From positions 1 through 64,000 of the forward strand of contig CT868518.1 in the NCBI GenBank assembly GCA_000165425.1: a DNA stretch of 64,000 nucleotides, given 5' to 3'. Position numbers and translations under genes: made by a program. The first letter of the stretch is position 1, and each line of letters opens with the position of its first letter. Under the pieces are notes generated by a model. It was not told the DNA's origin and did no database searches. It saw only the letters and a list, made by a program, of their open reading frames with translations. The stretch is from Paramecium tetraurelia (taxonomy: Eukaryota). Positions 27,995-40,144 of the stretch are shown one piece after another.

Positions 27995-29260
27995 ATAATT
28001 AAATTATTCAATTAAATTAATTTGTAATAAAATTACACTTCGTTTTCTTTATCTGTAAAGAGTTTTCTCTTCACGTTTTTTATTTCTATTCATTCACTTT
28101 ATTGATAGTCCCAATATTTTTTAAGGGGCTTTATGAGTATTTGACAGCTTTGTCATTTTCACATGAGTTGTCACACATTACACTTCGTTATTTAATTTTG
28201 AACTAATATAATTACATAAATAATGAATTATTCCCTAAAATTATAAACACGCATTTTTTGATAAATTATTGATTAAATGTGAAAAAATAAAATTTAAAAT
28301 AAGTGCATTATTAAAATTCTAAATGACAAGAAAATCATAAAAGTTAATTAAATTAATTTTTATATAATATTTAATGTTCGCTTTGTCGGATTTTCTGTTA
28401 AGCAGATCTTATAGACATCAATTTTTTGAAATCTTCCGAATAATTTATTTTGATATGAATAAATTCAATTTCACTCATACTTGATAGGAAATTTAAGAAT
28501 ATTTATAAAATTAAATTCATTTTATTGTTTATGAAATTAGATATTAAAATATTAATATTAGTGTCTACCATGTCAAGAAGATCAAAATATTTCCAATAAT
28601 TACCAGATCTTACTTATGAATATGCATGCAACTTATATCAACTTAATTCCAAAGCAATAGTGCTGACTTTATTGATAAAATGTTGTCTTAATTTCTATCT
28701 ATTTTTTTAATATCAACTATGATTCTAGGTACAAGATCATCTGCACACAGCTAATCCTAAAATAGAGTTACTTTAAAATCAAAATAATTAAGACTGTTTT
28801 TCTTGTTAGTTACAAGATAATTGCGTCATTTAAAATATTTCTTAATTAAATTTAAAAACAAAATTATGACATGACAATTAAACATTGATCTTTTCAGTAA
28901 TACCTATGGTGCCTAGCCTAAGTCCTTTATTTAATGAATTCTAAAAGCAATTTGATAAACATATAGAATTCAAATTACGAATATATATCTTTGTTATATT
29001 AAAATTAAAAAATAGTTAAATATAGAGTTTAGTAATTAAGATGAATAGATGTATATTGAAATATAAGTACTATCACAACTTTATTCAATATGAATCATAT
29101 CAAAACTTAGGAATTTTAGAAAATTCTTCTGAAGCTTAATTGAACAGAATTTATTTTGAATAAATTTTTTAAATTATATAGATTTTAATAAAAGATTATT
29201 ATCTCTTAATGTGATATTTATTGTTTTCTTTATTAATTTTTATAATTAATTTGACATTAA

Positions 29261-30089
29261 ATGGCAGAATTTAAGGAAGTATAAAATTAAATATAAACTC
29301 TTTAGGATAAATTCTTTAATAAGCCAGGAGATTCTGATGATTCTGCTAATAAATTAAAAAAAAAAATATCTAAGCCGAAGTAATAAAGTTTAATCTCAAC
29401 ATCATTAAAGATCAAGGAAATGTTTAAAAAATAACAATTCAAGGATATTGTGAATTGGGCTGAAAAAGATACCTCCATTACACTTCATGAATATGACGAA
29501 ATGAAAGTTAATTCCCAAATGTTAAAACTTGGATAATGTGCTTTAATAAAAAATGCTAAAAATCCTTCTGAAGATTATGTTGGTAAACTTCAAAGGATCG
29601 TTACAATTAAAGAAAATAAATCAACTAAATTAATTTGCTTATGCGAAGTTAATTGGTATGTCTAACATTCATGAAAGGTTTTATCGAAAAAGTGAAATAA
29701 TAAAATTTAAACCCTAAGCCAAACCTTGGATATCCAATAATGAAGTATTCAGCACTAATTGCACCGATTATGTGTTGGCATCCACAATATTGTCTCCTTG
29801 TCGAATAGTAACTCTGGAGGAATATGAAACATGTACACAAGTGGAAAAGGGAATATTTTTCACTAGGTTAGAATGGTTACCTACAAAAAAGAAGTTTGAC
29901 GGACTATCAAAACTTTAACATCATTGTACTTGTAAATAGCCCCAAAATCCAGATTAAATATATATTTAAGTATTTTCTTATCTATATTTTTAGTGTGATA
30001 AATGTTAAAAATGGTACCATATTACATGTGTAGGATTGAAGAAAGGAGAATATGAATAGAAAGAATATATTTGTGGATGCTGTAGATGA
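29261..30089 (+). CDS. BAH + PHD chromatin reader (EBS/SHL/EPR-1-like architecture)
   Basis: BAH: EDYVGKL..VNWFYRKSE..NEVFST..CRIVTLEEY. PHD: CTCKQPQNPDQIYIQCDKCQKWYHITCVGL..YICGCC. Three tiny introns. Confidence 0.9.
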
Positions 30090-30117
30090 AATATAGTTAA
30101 TAATATTATTATAAAAT

Positions 30118-31853
30118 ATGGGAATCGATTCTTTATTAAAAGCTCTGAAGTCAGTAACAAAGCCCAAACATATTTCTGAATATTAGAATAAGAAAATAGC
30201 TGTGGATACATATTGCTGGTACTTTGAGCACTTATAGTTTAGGTTACATAAAGGGATATTTTTGTGTGCTTAGGAATTATCAGATGGCAGAGAGACAAAT
30301 GAGCATATTAATTATTGCCTAAAAAAAGTAGAGTTGCTCAAAAAATATAATATTACTGTTGTTATGGTATTTGATGGTGCAAAACTGCCAAGCAAGAAGA
30401 CTACAGAGGAAGAGCGGGAAAAGTAATATAAACTTCAAATTTTAGAAAGAGGAATGACAACCTATAAAAGCATTTAGAATTTAAGTAACAAGGGGAAAAA
30501 GACAAAGCTTATTAAAAATTGGTTGAATCTATAGATGTTACTCCTCAAATGGCATCTAAATTATTGGAAGCATTGAGAATCAGGAATATTGAATGCATCG
30601 TCGCTCCATATGAAGCAGATGCTCAATTAGCGTATCTATCTTTAACAGAATATGTTGATGTCATCATAACCGAAGATTCCGATCTTATTGCTTATGGAGC
30701 GAAAAAAGTGCTTTATAAATTGGACAAATTTGGGTATGGTGAAGAGATTGATTACAATTCTATTTCATCATGCACTGAATATAATTTTTAGAATTGGCAT
30801 CATTAAAAATTTCTCACTTTCTGTATCTTATCAGGTTGTGATTATTTGAGTTCATTAAGTGGAATAGGGATAAAAAGAGCCTATCAAATAGTAGCAACTT
30901 CATAAAATTATAAATAAGCCATTGATAATCTACAGAGGAAATAAAAGATCACTGTTCCTTTTGATTATGTTGAATAGTTCGAGAAAGCATATCTAACCTT
31001 TCTATTTTAGAGAGTGTTTTGTCCAGTTCAAAGAAAAATGGTCTCAGTGAATACCTTTGATACTGATCTCTTATATTCTCAAATGAAATCTTTATTGGAA
31101 GGCAACCTTGATTTCTTAGGTAATGTTTACACAGACACCTTGATTCAAGACATAGCAGATGGTAAAATCTGCCCATAAGATTTAAAACCATATTCATAAT
31201 CATCTAAGAATTTAAAATACTAAAATATGGAAAATAAGTATCAAAATGATAATAACGAATTAGATATACCAACATTCGGCAAGGATAAAAATGTTTAAGT
31301 TTTCAAATTTATTAAAAAATCATAATCTACAAAAATAAATCCAGAAGAAAATGCTGAAAGAGTAGAAGACTAAAAAATTAAACCCCAATCCTAAGTGATT
31401 CATTCAAAATAGACTGAAATTAACGAAAAATCTCAAATTGAATAATAATTATATAACTACGAATAAAGTAATATATTTTCTAGTTAACAGGAGACACTAA
31501 AATAAAAATCCTTATTTAACACTAACATTTTAGCCAATGAACAAAAGAAGAAGTAGTCTAAAATCGTTATAAAACATGAATAAAAAAGAATTAACGAATA
31601 TTTCCAATCCTCTTTTAAACCATTCAAACCACCCTCGTCTCACATTTAGAAATAATATTAAATTTCTTAAGTAGTCAATATCGTTGAAGAGGAATGCTAA
31701 AGATTTGAATAGAAAGTTAATTCTCAAGTTGAAGAGGAATTTTAACAATATAGTATTTCTGAGGAATTTTCTGATAATTTGAAAAGATTCTATTATACAG
31801 ACTTTGGTCTATTCTTAAACTCAGAACTCCAGTTTAAATAAATACAGCTTTGA
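30118..31853 (+). CDS. EXO1: Exonuclease 1 (XPG/FEN1 family)
   Basis: MGIDSLLK..AVDTYCWLHKG, VFDGAKLPSK, APYEADAQLAYL, ITEDSDLIAYG, CILSGCDYL..GIGIKRA, FLFQRVFCP. Confidence 0.93.
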
Positions 31854-32066
31854 ATTCTATATTTATTATTGTTTACTTTTATGAAATTGAAATTACATTT
31901 TTAGAAATTATAAAATTGATATTTAGATCTGAGTTTGTTTCGATTGATAATCACATAATCATAGTTAATGACTATGCAACTCAAAAGATCATTCTTGATT
32001 TTATTAATAGAGAATCGTAAAATATTGTAATAATAACTTAATTATATATAATTATCAGTTTTTGTG

Positions 32067-32505
32067 TCAATTGAGTTCTGATTCAATCTCTCTATCTTCT
32101 AATGATTAATTATGGATATTTACTTTAAACTTGATCATTTGAAGGGGAATTGTATTAATCATTGTCGTTCTCATCAATATCTTCATGTTTCATTTTTTAT
32201 CCAATCTAATCGTTATATTGCTATTATAATTATTTCTAATTACTTTTTAGATTAAAGCGTTTGTAACTTTAAATTTCCCATCCAATTCATAAATGGTTCC
32301 AGATCCCTCTGATTCAGCTAAGATAAAATTAACAAGTTCTTCTTGAACTTCATTTGTGTAAAATAAACTTAAGTTTTTAGTTATTTAATTATGCTTAGCA
32401 CTATTACCAAATGAGCAAATCACCTTGATCAAACAATCTAGTAATTAGTTGGGAAATGATAAATTAAGGAACTTCTGGGTAAAATTCTTAATCTTAAAAA
32501 TTCCT
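32067..32505 (-). CDS. 3' part of a hypothetical protein; 5' end lies in the assembly gap
   Basis: Open frame GIFKIKNFTQKFLNLSFPNQLLDCLIKV... with two canonical tiny introns, ending IESELN*. Confidence 0.65.
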
Positions 32506-32723
32506 NNNNNNNNNNNNNNNNNNNNNNNNNNNNNNNNNNNNNNNNNNNNNNNNNNNNNNNNNNNNNNNNNNNNNNNNNNNNNNNNNNNNNNNNNNNNNNN
32601 NNNNNNNNNNNNNNNNNNNNNNNNNNNNNNNNNNNNNNNNNNNNNNNNNNNNNNNNNNNNNNNNNNNNNNNNNNNNNNNNNNNNNNNNNNNNNNNNNNNN
32701 NNNNNNNNNNNNNNNNNNNNNNN
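32506..32723. other. Assembly gap (218 N)
   Basis: Run of N. Confidence 1.
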
Positions 32724-33096
32724 CAAATTTACGAGATAAATTTAATTGATTTAAACACACTTTTATAAAATTTATACTATTCTATACGATATTTAAAAAT
32801 AAAAATAACTTCATTAATTAATTTATATATGGATTATCCATCCCTCTTATTTTCACCTAATCTTTCAGAATTATATTAAACCAAGTCCTGAATTTATGAT
32901 ATATTATATATCTATATTAAAATAATTACAAAAGATTAAGGAATAACTAACATACTTTTGCATCTAAAAATAATCTTATGACTAATCCCACTAGTTTCGA
33001 TAATTAAGAAAGTAACTTTAGATTCTAAATTATAGATTATAAATCAGAAAATAGAATTGTTTTTAAATTGCAATACTATTATTAATAACAAAATCA

Positions 33097-35168
33097 TCAC
33101 GCATAATTATCAAGGATCTCTTCTGCTTCTCTATTGTCATATTCAATCTTCCAAAATAGACTGTGATTAAATAAAGAAGAAATATTATCATCTTTATTAG
33201 TGGATTCTTTATCATTATTTGAGGTTGATTACAATTCTTGATCATCTTGATTTTATTTTTTAGTTTGAAGTATATCTTCATTCCAACCCTAATCATCATT
33301 CATATCCATCAAGATATTCTCATCATCATCTAGACCTCCATCATCTTATTAATTATTATTCTCTAATTCTTATTCAACTTTTTATGATTCCTTCTCTTAA
33401 TATTGTTATCCACTTTAATTTTACTAACCATATTATGAGTCATTGACTTTCTATATGATTTATCAAAATAATTACTTATAAAATCTGCATAATGTCAGAT
33501 TCCTGATCATCAGCCACTTCTGATTTAGCCTTTGGATTCACATTACATAAAAAAGGTTTTTCTTTTTGATTAATGTTGGTCAGTCTATTTTTAACAAATT
33601 CCATCCATTGTTAATCTACCATTAATTAAGATAATACTGTCTTGATAATATTATAGAATTGTCTTGTTGTAAGATTTCTCAAGGAGATAATTAGATAGCG
33701 AGGTCAAAAGAGCTAAATATCCCTTTTTATCATTCTACTCTGTATGATATCCAATAATAAATTCGATAAGTGATCCAAACTCAAAGACCTAGAATAGTAT
33801 ATAAAGTTAACATTTTCTGTTAATTTTTCATCATTTAAATCCAGAATGCATTTTATGATCTTTTCTGTGATAATGTGAATTTGATTGTTAGATGGATATT
33901 AAATACAAATAGTTTCTAACACTTAAATCAAACCAGCATTTAGAAGAGCTTCAATGACAGTGATATCATTGGTTCTATTAATATAAGTATGAGTTAATTA
34001 CTGAACGAAAGTTTAAATTAATTTTAATAGCATAATCTTATGTAGTCCAAATGGTTACACTTATTCTTAATTAGAATTTTTGAAGTTAGCAGCACAATAT
34101 CTTTTACTTAATAAATTTTAAGGTAGTTCAGGGACAATATTTTAAAATATTGAGAAGTCCTTCTCATTATTATGAATGACTTCATCATCTTCTTCTTTTT
34201 TGGACTCTTTTGAAGACATTTCCACTAAATTGATGATAACTTAAATTGGCTATGGTTTTTAAGTTTTCATTGCAATATCAAATAATAATTCTGGTCTTGT
34301 AATTTAATCTATAAATGGAACAATATCAGGATTGTTATAATATAAGCAACTCATATTTTTAGTGGTGATTTCAATTAAAATATCGCAAACGTTTTCAACG
34401 ATCTCTGAACAATAGTATTTATTCTGCATTAATATTATAATTCTTTGTAATAGGATCTTTCTTTCATTTAGAAATGTCTCATCTGTGAATTCTTGGGTTG
34501 TATCGAGAATTATTAATTTTTCGATGATTTCTGCAATGTGTTTACAATCTATGTGTTTTATTAAATTAGATAAAATTTGTTTATTATTAATAATTTGGGT
34601 CCAAACCTAAAAATTTGAATAAATGATACATCAAATCCTCGTTTCTTAAGAATCGCAAGGAATGCCTTAGAAAAATAGCCTGCCGATGTCATATTGAATA
34701 CATCTGCTTCAAGAAAGCTAATCAATTGATCGTACAAGTTGACTCTAATCATTTCTGCATCTGCTTCTATTCCTTCCTCTGGTCTTTCAAATAGAAAATC
34801 CAATAACTTCTAATTTTAACTGCCTAAAATTTCACTGCATAAGAATGGGTATCTTTTGATAAGAATGCTATGTCATACTAGATTTATGTCTTTTTATCGA
34901 TCAATTCATCATCGACTGAAATTACGTATTGAATCATTCTCTAATACATTTCTGGGTGCTTGGTTATGCTATAAATAATTCATTATTAAATATGTACTGA
35001 TCAGCAAATTTATTGGCTCCAACTCCTTTGATTTCTTATAAAATATTATCAGCGGATAAAATAGTTTCTAATTCGCAATCAGGGTCAGCTAACAAGGAAT
35101 CCAGTTATTGTTGCTGAGGAAAGAAACGAGCAAAGCTAAAATATGAGAGAGTAATACTTAAAAAACAT
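33097..35168 (-). CDS. SAPS-domain protein (SIT4/PP6 phosphatase regulatory subunit)
   Basis: LDSLLADPDCELETILSADNILQE, RYPFLCSEILGS, AGYFSKAFLAIL, PFGLHKI, GYLALLT, acidic tail with FNHSLFWK. Confidence 0.85.
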
Positions 35169-35208
35169 AATAAATTAAAATATTATATATGGATAATAAA
35201 ATCAGAAC

Positions 35209-35903
35209 TCATTTTAATAAGTTAAACAGTTTCTCATGATGTTATTTAGCATGTGATGGAGATTGAACTTATGAGTTTAACTACAAAATGGATGAGAATC
35301 TTCCTTAGGATTACGAGAGACTAAATAATTCTATCAACAATAATTGAATAAATTACAGCTTGAATTTTCTTTTGCGTTTGTAATATTGTTGGATTCAGCA
35401 AAAAAATTTTTCAAGAACAAATTCTCTTGCAATATTTCCTATTGATTTTATATCAAAATTTCATTATTTAATTTTAATTCTTCATTCTATTATTACAACA
35501 TCTAATTTATCTTGTATAGTTCTGTTGAATCTGATTGCTGTGTTTCCCTTGACAACAAGGATAGAATTTGATTATTCTAAACTAAAATTTTGTTCCTCAA
35601 TTCCAGATCTGTGTTTTATTTGGTTAAACAGCGAGGACAACCCATTTTCAGATTTTGGATTTATCGTTTCTATTGCTAAATAATTTGTTAGAGTTGAGTG
35701 ACACTTTCACTTTGATTTGTTGAATTTGTATTAGAGTTATAAGTTGTTAATGTATTTTCTTTGACATTTTCATATTCTTCATTGTTGCTTTATCTACTCA
35801 ATAGTTTTCTACTATATTTACGAGCATAAGAGTTATTCTCTTTTTCATGAGTTGGAGAAGCATTTTTTCTAACTAGTTTTTCTGTCGAATGCTTTTTATA
35901 CAT
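35209..35903 (-). CDS. Hypothetical coiled-coil protein
   Basis: Code-6 ORF MYKKHSTEK...QLQQIIQQQKRQIQNLKMGCPRC... with one 26-nt intron near the 3' end. Confidence 0.65.
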
Positions 35904-36007
35904 AGCAGTTAAATTTAATATAAATAGATAAATACTAATTAATTCTAATATTTTATTTTAATGCTTGAAAATATAATCAAATTGTTGTGCATAAGAATAG
36001 TAAAATT

Positions 36008-37793
36008 TCATGAGGATTGATATAAATTGGCTTTTTTAACCAACTATAGAATCTGCCTTAAATAAAGCTTATGCTACATTTAGGCATTGGATTGATTGAA
36101 GTTTTGATCGGTTTGCATTTTCAATAGTTTTATTTTTTTAAGTTTGTGAATCGTAAGAAAATTCTGATATTATTATAGGTGAAGTTTGAATGATATGCTC
36201 TTTTGCGGAAATTGGAGACTCTCAAAATATGCACATTGCTCTGTTTTCCGAAACGATAACAACTCTAGTTTGTTTTCGATAAATTTAAAGGTTTGGAGCA
36301 ATTAGCGAACCTAATTACTCATAAATCTTTAAATAAATATTGGAATGGTTTTGTCCTTTTTCTTTTTTTATGAGATCATATTTTTTGCATATTCCTACAC
36401 AACATAAATTGGATAAAAGAGAACTTGAATTAGAACATAAATACAGAGACATACCAGTATCAGCAATGCTAATAAGGTGGTTATATTTAAGGATAAAGTT
36501 TCTTGCAAGCTTTCTGACAATTCCTACTCAAATTTATAATAGAACTCCAAGTATTCTTGGCTACTTAACAACCTAACTTTTTAGAATCATTGTACGTTAT
36601 TAAAATCATCTTGAATTCAGCTATTTCTTGTATACCAACAATCATCTCTTGATTATACACAGAATTATATCGACATTACATAGAGGAATTGTATATATCA
36701 AAATTGGGGCAAGATGAAGATCCGTTATGTTTTTTCATCTCTTCCCAATCAGTTTAATTGAATCCAGTAATTGTCTAGTTGAATATGTACAAGGGGAGGT
36801 ATTCATTAGACACCTTGTAAGGATGCATAATCATAATGCCTTCATTGGAAATTAGATATATTATTTAAAACCCGAATTTACTCTGCCCAACCTCTTGAAC
36901 AAATTCATTTCCCAAGAATATTGACCCCACTCCGCCTATCAATTGAGTTTATTCATCAACAATAGGCATTGCCATAGACAAACCAATCTTTTTCTCCGTA
37001 AACACTAAATAATGTAATATAACTATAGTACACATAAAAGGAGTTGTAAAAGTGTAATTGTAGTTTTGGTAATTTTCAGTTTAATCATAATTCCTTTACA
37101 ACTCAATATACCAATCTCGTTACTCTGGTTTGTAACTATAGATTCCTTATTCCCTATTTAAGCAAGGATAGATGGAGGTTATTTTTTCCTTTTTAATATA
37201 GGAATAAAAGAAATATTGGTTGATGTCCTTCCCTTAGTACAATAATTAACCGTAAGCTTGAACCTATTCTTACATTTTTATTCCCACTAATTCGTCAATA
37301 GTTTTCGGTTGACTGTATGAACTTAAGTTTGAATAACACATAAAGCAATAAGAAATATCAAAGTTTCCATATCCTTTAATTATTCGAAGCGGATCCGGGA
37401 TTGGGTTTATACCACCATACGGCATTTAAAATTGCTCATTTATTGTGAGGTTATTTTACAACACCACTTACTTTTTAGTGTGGTGATACAACCTGTGAAA
37501 TGAGATTAAGGTATTTCCATCTAATTATTTATTATATTACTTAGATAGAAGACTTTATCAAAGTAGCTTCTATATAATTTTATTATATTTTATTGAATCC
37601 TATTCGAACTATCCTTATACAAATGGTTGGAAGTGTCTGAAAAATATACATTTAATAGAGAAAGATGAATCATATTGTATGCCAAAACATAGGACATAAT
37701 TATGAATGCTTAGATAGAAACTATTAAAATCATTTGATTCCTGAGTCTCATGTTCTAAGTGCATTTGGAGAACATTGATTGAGATTGTCTCAT
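36008..37793 (-). CDS. Two-TM membrane protein with extracellular dCache-like sensor domain
   Basis: TM1 MILIVSIQAFIIMSYVLAY; YKPEQRDWY..FTTPF..IGLSMAMPIVDEQTQLIGGVG; TM2 LLALLILVCLCIYVLIQVLFYPI followed by a HAMP-like stretch. Confidence 0.75.
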
Positions 37794-38513
37794 TCAAAGT
37801 AATTATCTATTATCAAAAATGATTAATTTTTGATTTAAAATTCATCATCATATAATATACAGCGAAATGAAGATTGGAATTAATTTTATTCCAAGCATTA
37901 ATTCCATTTCTGCTCTTTTTTTAATAATGGTTAAAAATTATCAATATTAAATTTTATAATCTTAGTAATTACAAGAGATGCAAATTTCTGTAATTTTAAC
38001 TTTATATGTTCAGAATAAACATATAAATTTAATTTTATAATAAATAACCATTTCAGAAAGATTTAAAAATGCATTGAGCAAGACATAATTGAATTTTGTT
38101 CTTATAGTGCTGAAGAACTATTCTATTAGCTATTTTTTGGTAAAAACCAATAAATTTAAAAGTTTATTCCAATTTTATATTTTAATTATTGCTTGCCATA
38201 TTTAAATGCATTATTAAAGAAATAGTTTTTTTTTGACTTCAATCGGAAAATAAATTCACATGCATAGCGCATAATTTATTTATAAGGATGTTGCTGCACT
38301 TATAAATGAATTAACAGATAAGCATTTTGCTTTACAATTGTAAATCGGAGTTAATTTGTGATTTTTATATATATAATAATTATGGTGCGTAAACTAAATA
38401 TCTGAAATACTAATAATTTAAATCAAACATGCTCTTTTTTTGAATGTTGATAATACGTATCAGTTTTAACTTAAGAGTTAGACTTGTTAATTCTTTCATT
38501 ATTAAAATTAATA

Positions 38514-40090
38514 ATGAATCACATTTAACAAGCCTTTATTCAGAGTATTATGAAACAATAGTAACATGAAAAACAATAATAAGTGAAATAGGAAGAGAAC
38601 AATTAGAAACAAAATATTTAAGTACAATATTTCAAATTATTTGTCTAGTATTTGCAGAAACAATAACTTCTCTCCATCATCCAGCAATGTCAACAGTAAT
38701 AATAACCAATTCAACAAGCATCGTACAATATTCAAATAATCATTTAGCAAGTCTCCTACTTTAATTGAAGTTTAAAATTAAGTCACATCATACTTTTAGA
38801 AAATTATCCTTTAGAAACAAACAATCAATTTAAATAATGTATTGGAATAGCAATTACCCTACTTTTTACAAATAATGGGAAATCTCATCATTTATGGATT
38901 AGAAAATTGCCCTGGAGAAAAGGAAATTGTGTAAGAGATGATATCACAATACAAATCCAATCCACTTAAAATTACAATGAGCTGCTCTTTATTCTAGACA
39001 ATAGGACTATTGTTTCGTTCATAATTAGTGTACTATGACTAATGTAATCACTTAAATACTAATTTAAGGCACAAAATATCTTACCAATTTTTTGCTGTTC
39101 CGTGATGACTTTTGTGACATTTTCTTCAACACTCTATATTGTTACTAAATTACTCAAGGTTAAACATTTAGTCAATAGATTGGATTCACACAGATTAACC
39201 AGATGCTCAAGAAAACCCAAGATGATGTATGGACAGCCTTTATATTCAAAATGCTCAGTCAACAACAACAGAAAATGACTAAAGATATGTTTCTATTACA
39301 GTTTAATTAATACACCGTTTCTATGAATAATTTCTTCACTAAAAGCAATTTGATTATGGATCTAGTTGCTCAAAGTGTAAAATAGACCTCAAAATTACAT
39401 AATGATCAGATATTTTAGGAGGTAATTTGATTGCTAACAATAGTATTTACTAATAATGGGAAGTTTTAAAGCTACTACATAAGACTTTTTGAAGAAAGCT
39501 ACGCAGTTATTCTTCGAAGAATCCAATGATCTTGATTTATTGTAATTTAGCAATAACATAATAAAAATTCATAAGTAGATGAATTGCCAAATATTATTCA
39601 TTCTACCCATGTTATTTTTATTGGAGAGTCAATACTTAGATCATCTAGTATAGAATGGAATTTAGGAATAGTAGCCAGTTAAAAACAGTTCAAATTACTA
39701 TTTAAAGATGATTGAAAAATTAAAAAATAAATGTGTTTATAATGGTGAAGAAGAGTGCAATTGCAAGAAATGTTAATGGTACTTAGTTCTTTAGATTAGC
39801 TAGCATAAGAAGAAATAGAAATTCAGCAAAGGAGTCTTAAAAAAAGAAGAGAGAAGCATTAGAAAAGATAGGTCCTTTATAAGATGAGTATGACAAAATT
39901 TAAAAGAAAGTATAAATTTCAAATTAAATATCTTTAGGTCTAATCTCTTGAAACTGAGAATTAAGTAATTACAAAGTTATTACTGGATGTATTTAGACAC
40001 CCATCTCTTGAAAAGTTGGCAGCCTAATTCATAGAACCTCTCGCTAAAATTATAGCTGATCAAGATTTCAATAATATTGATGAATGTTGA
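38514..40090 (+). CDS. Gln-rich protein with C-terminal Cys cluster and bZIP-like domain (putative transcription factor)
   Basis: Poly-Q N-terminus; CVYNGEEECNCKKCQC then IRRNRNSAKESQKKKREALEKIGPLQDEYDKIQKKVQSLETENQVITKLL; several tiny introns. Confidence 0.7.
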
Positions 40091-40144
40091 TGTACAATTT
40101 AATTCTACAATATATAAATTAACTTAATGTATGTTTAAAATAAC

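Noticed and set aside
28530..29150. Possible ORF upstream of BAH-PHD
   Set aside because: Only short interrupted frames; no recognisable product.
32445..32760. ORFs spanning poly-X
   Set aside because: Artefacts of the N gap.
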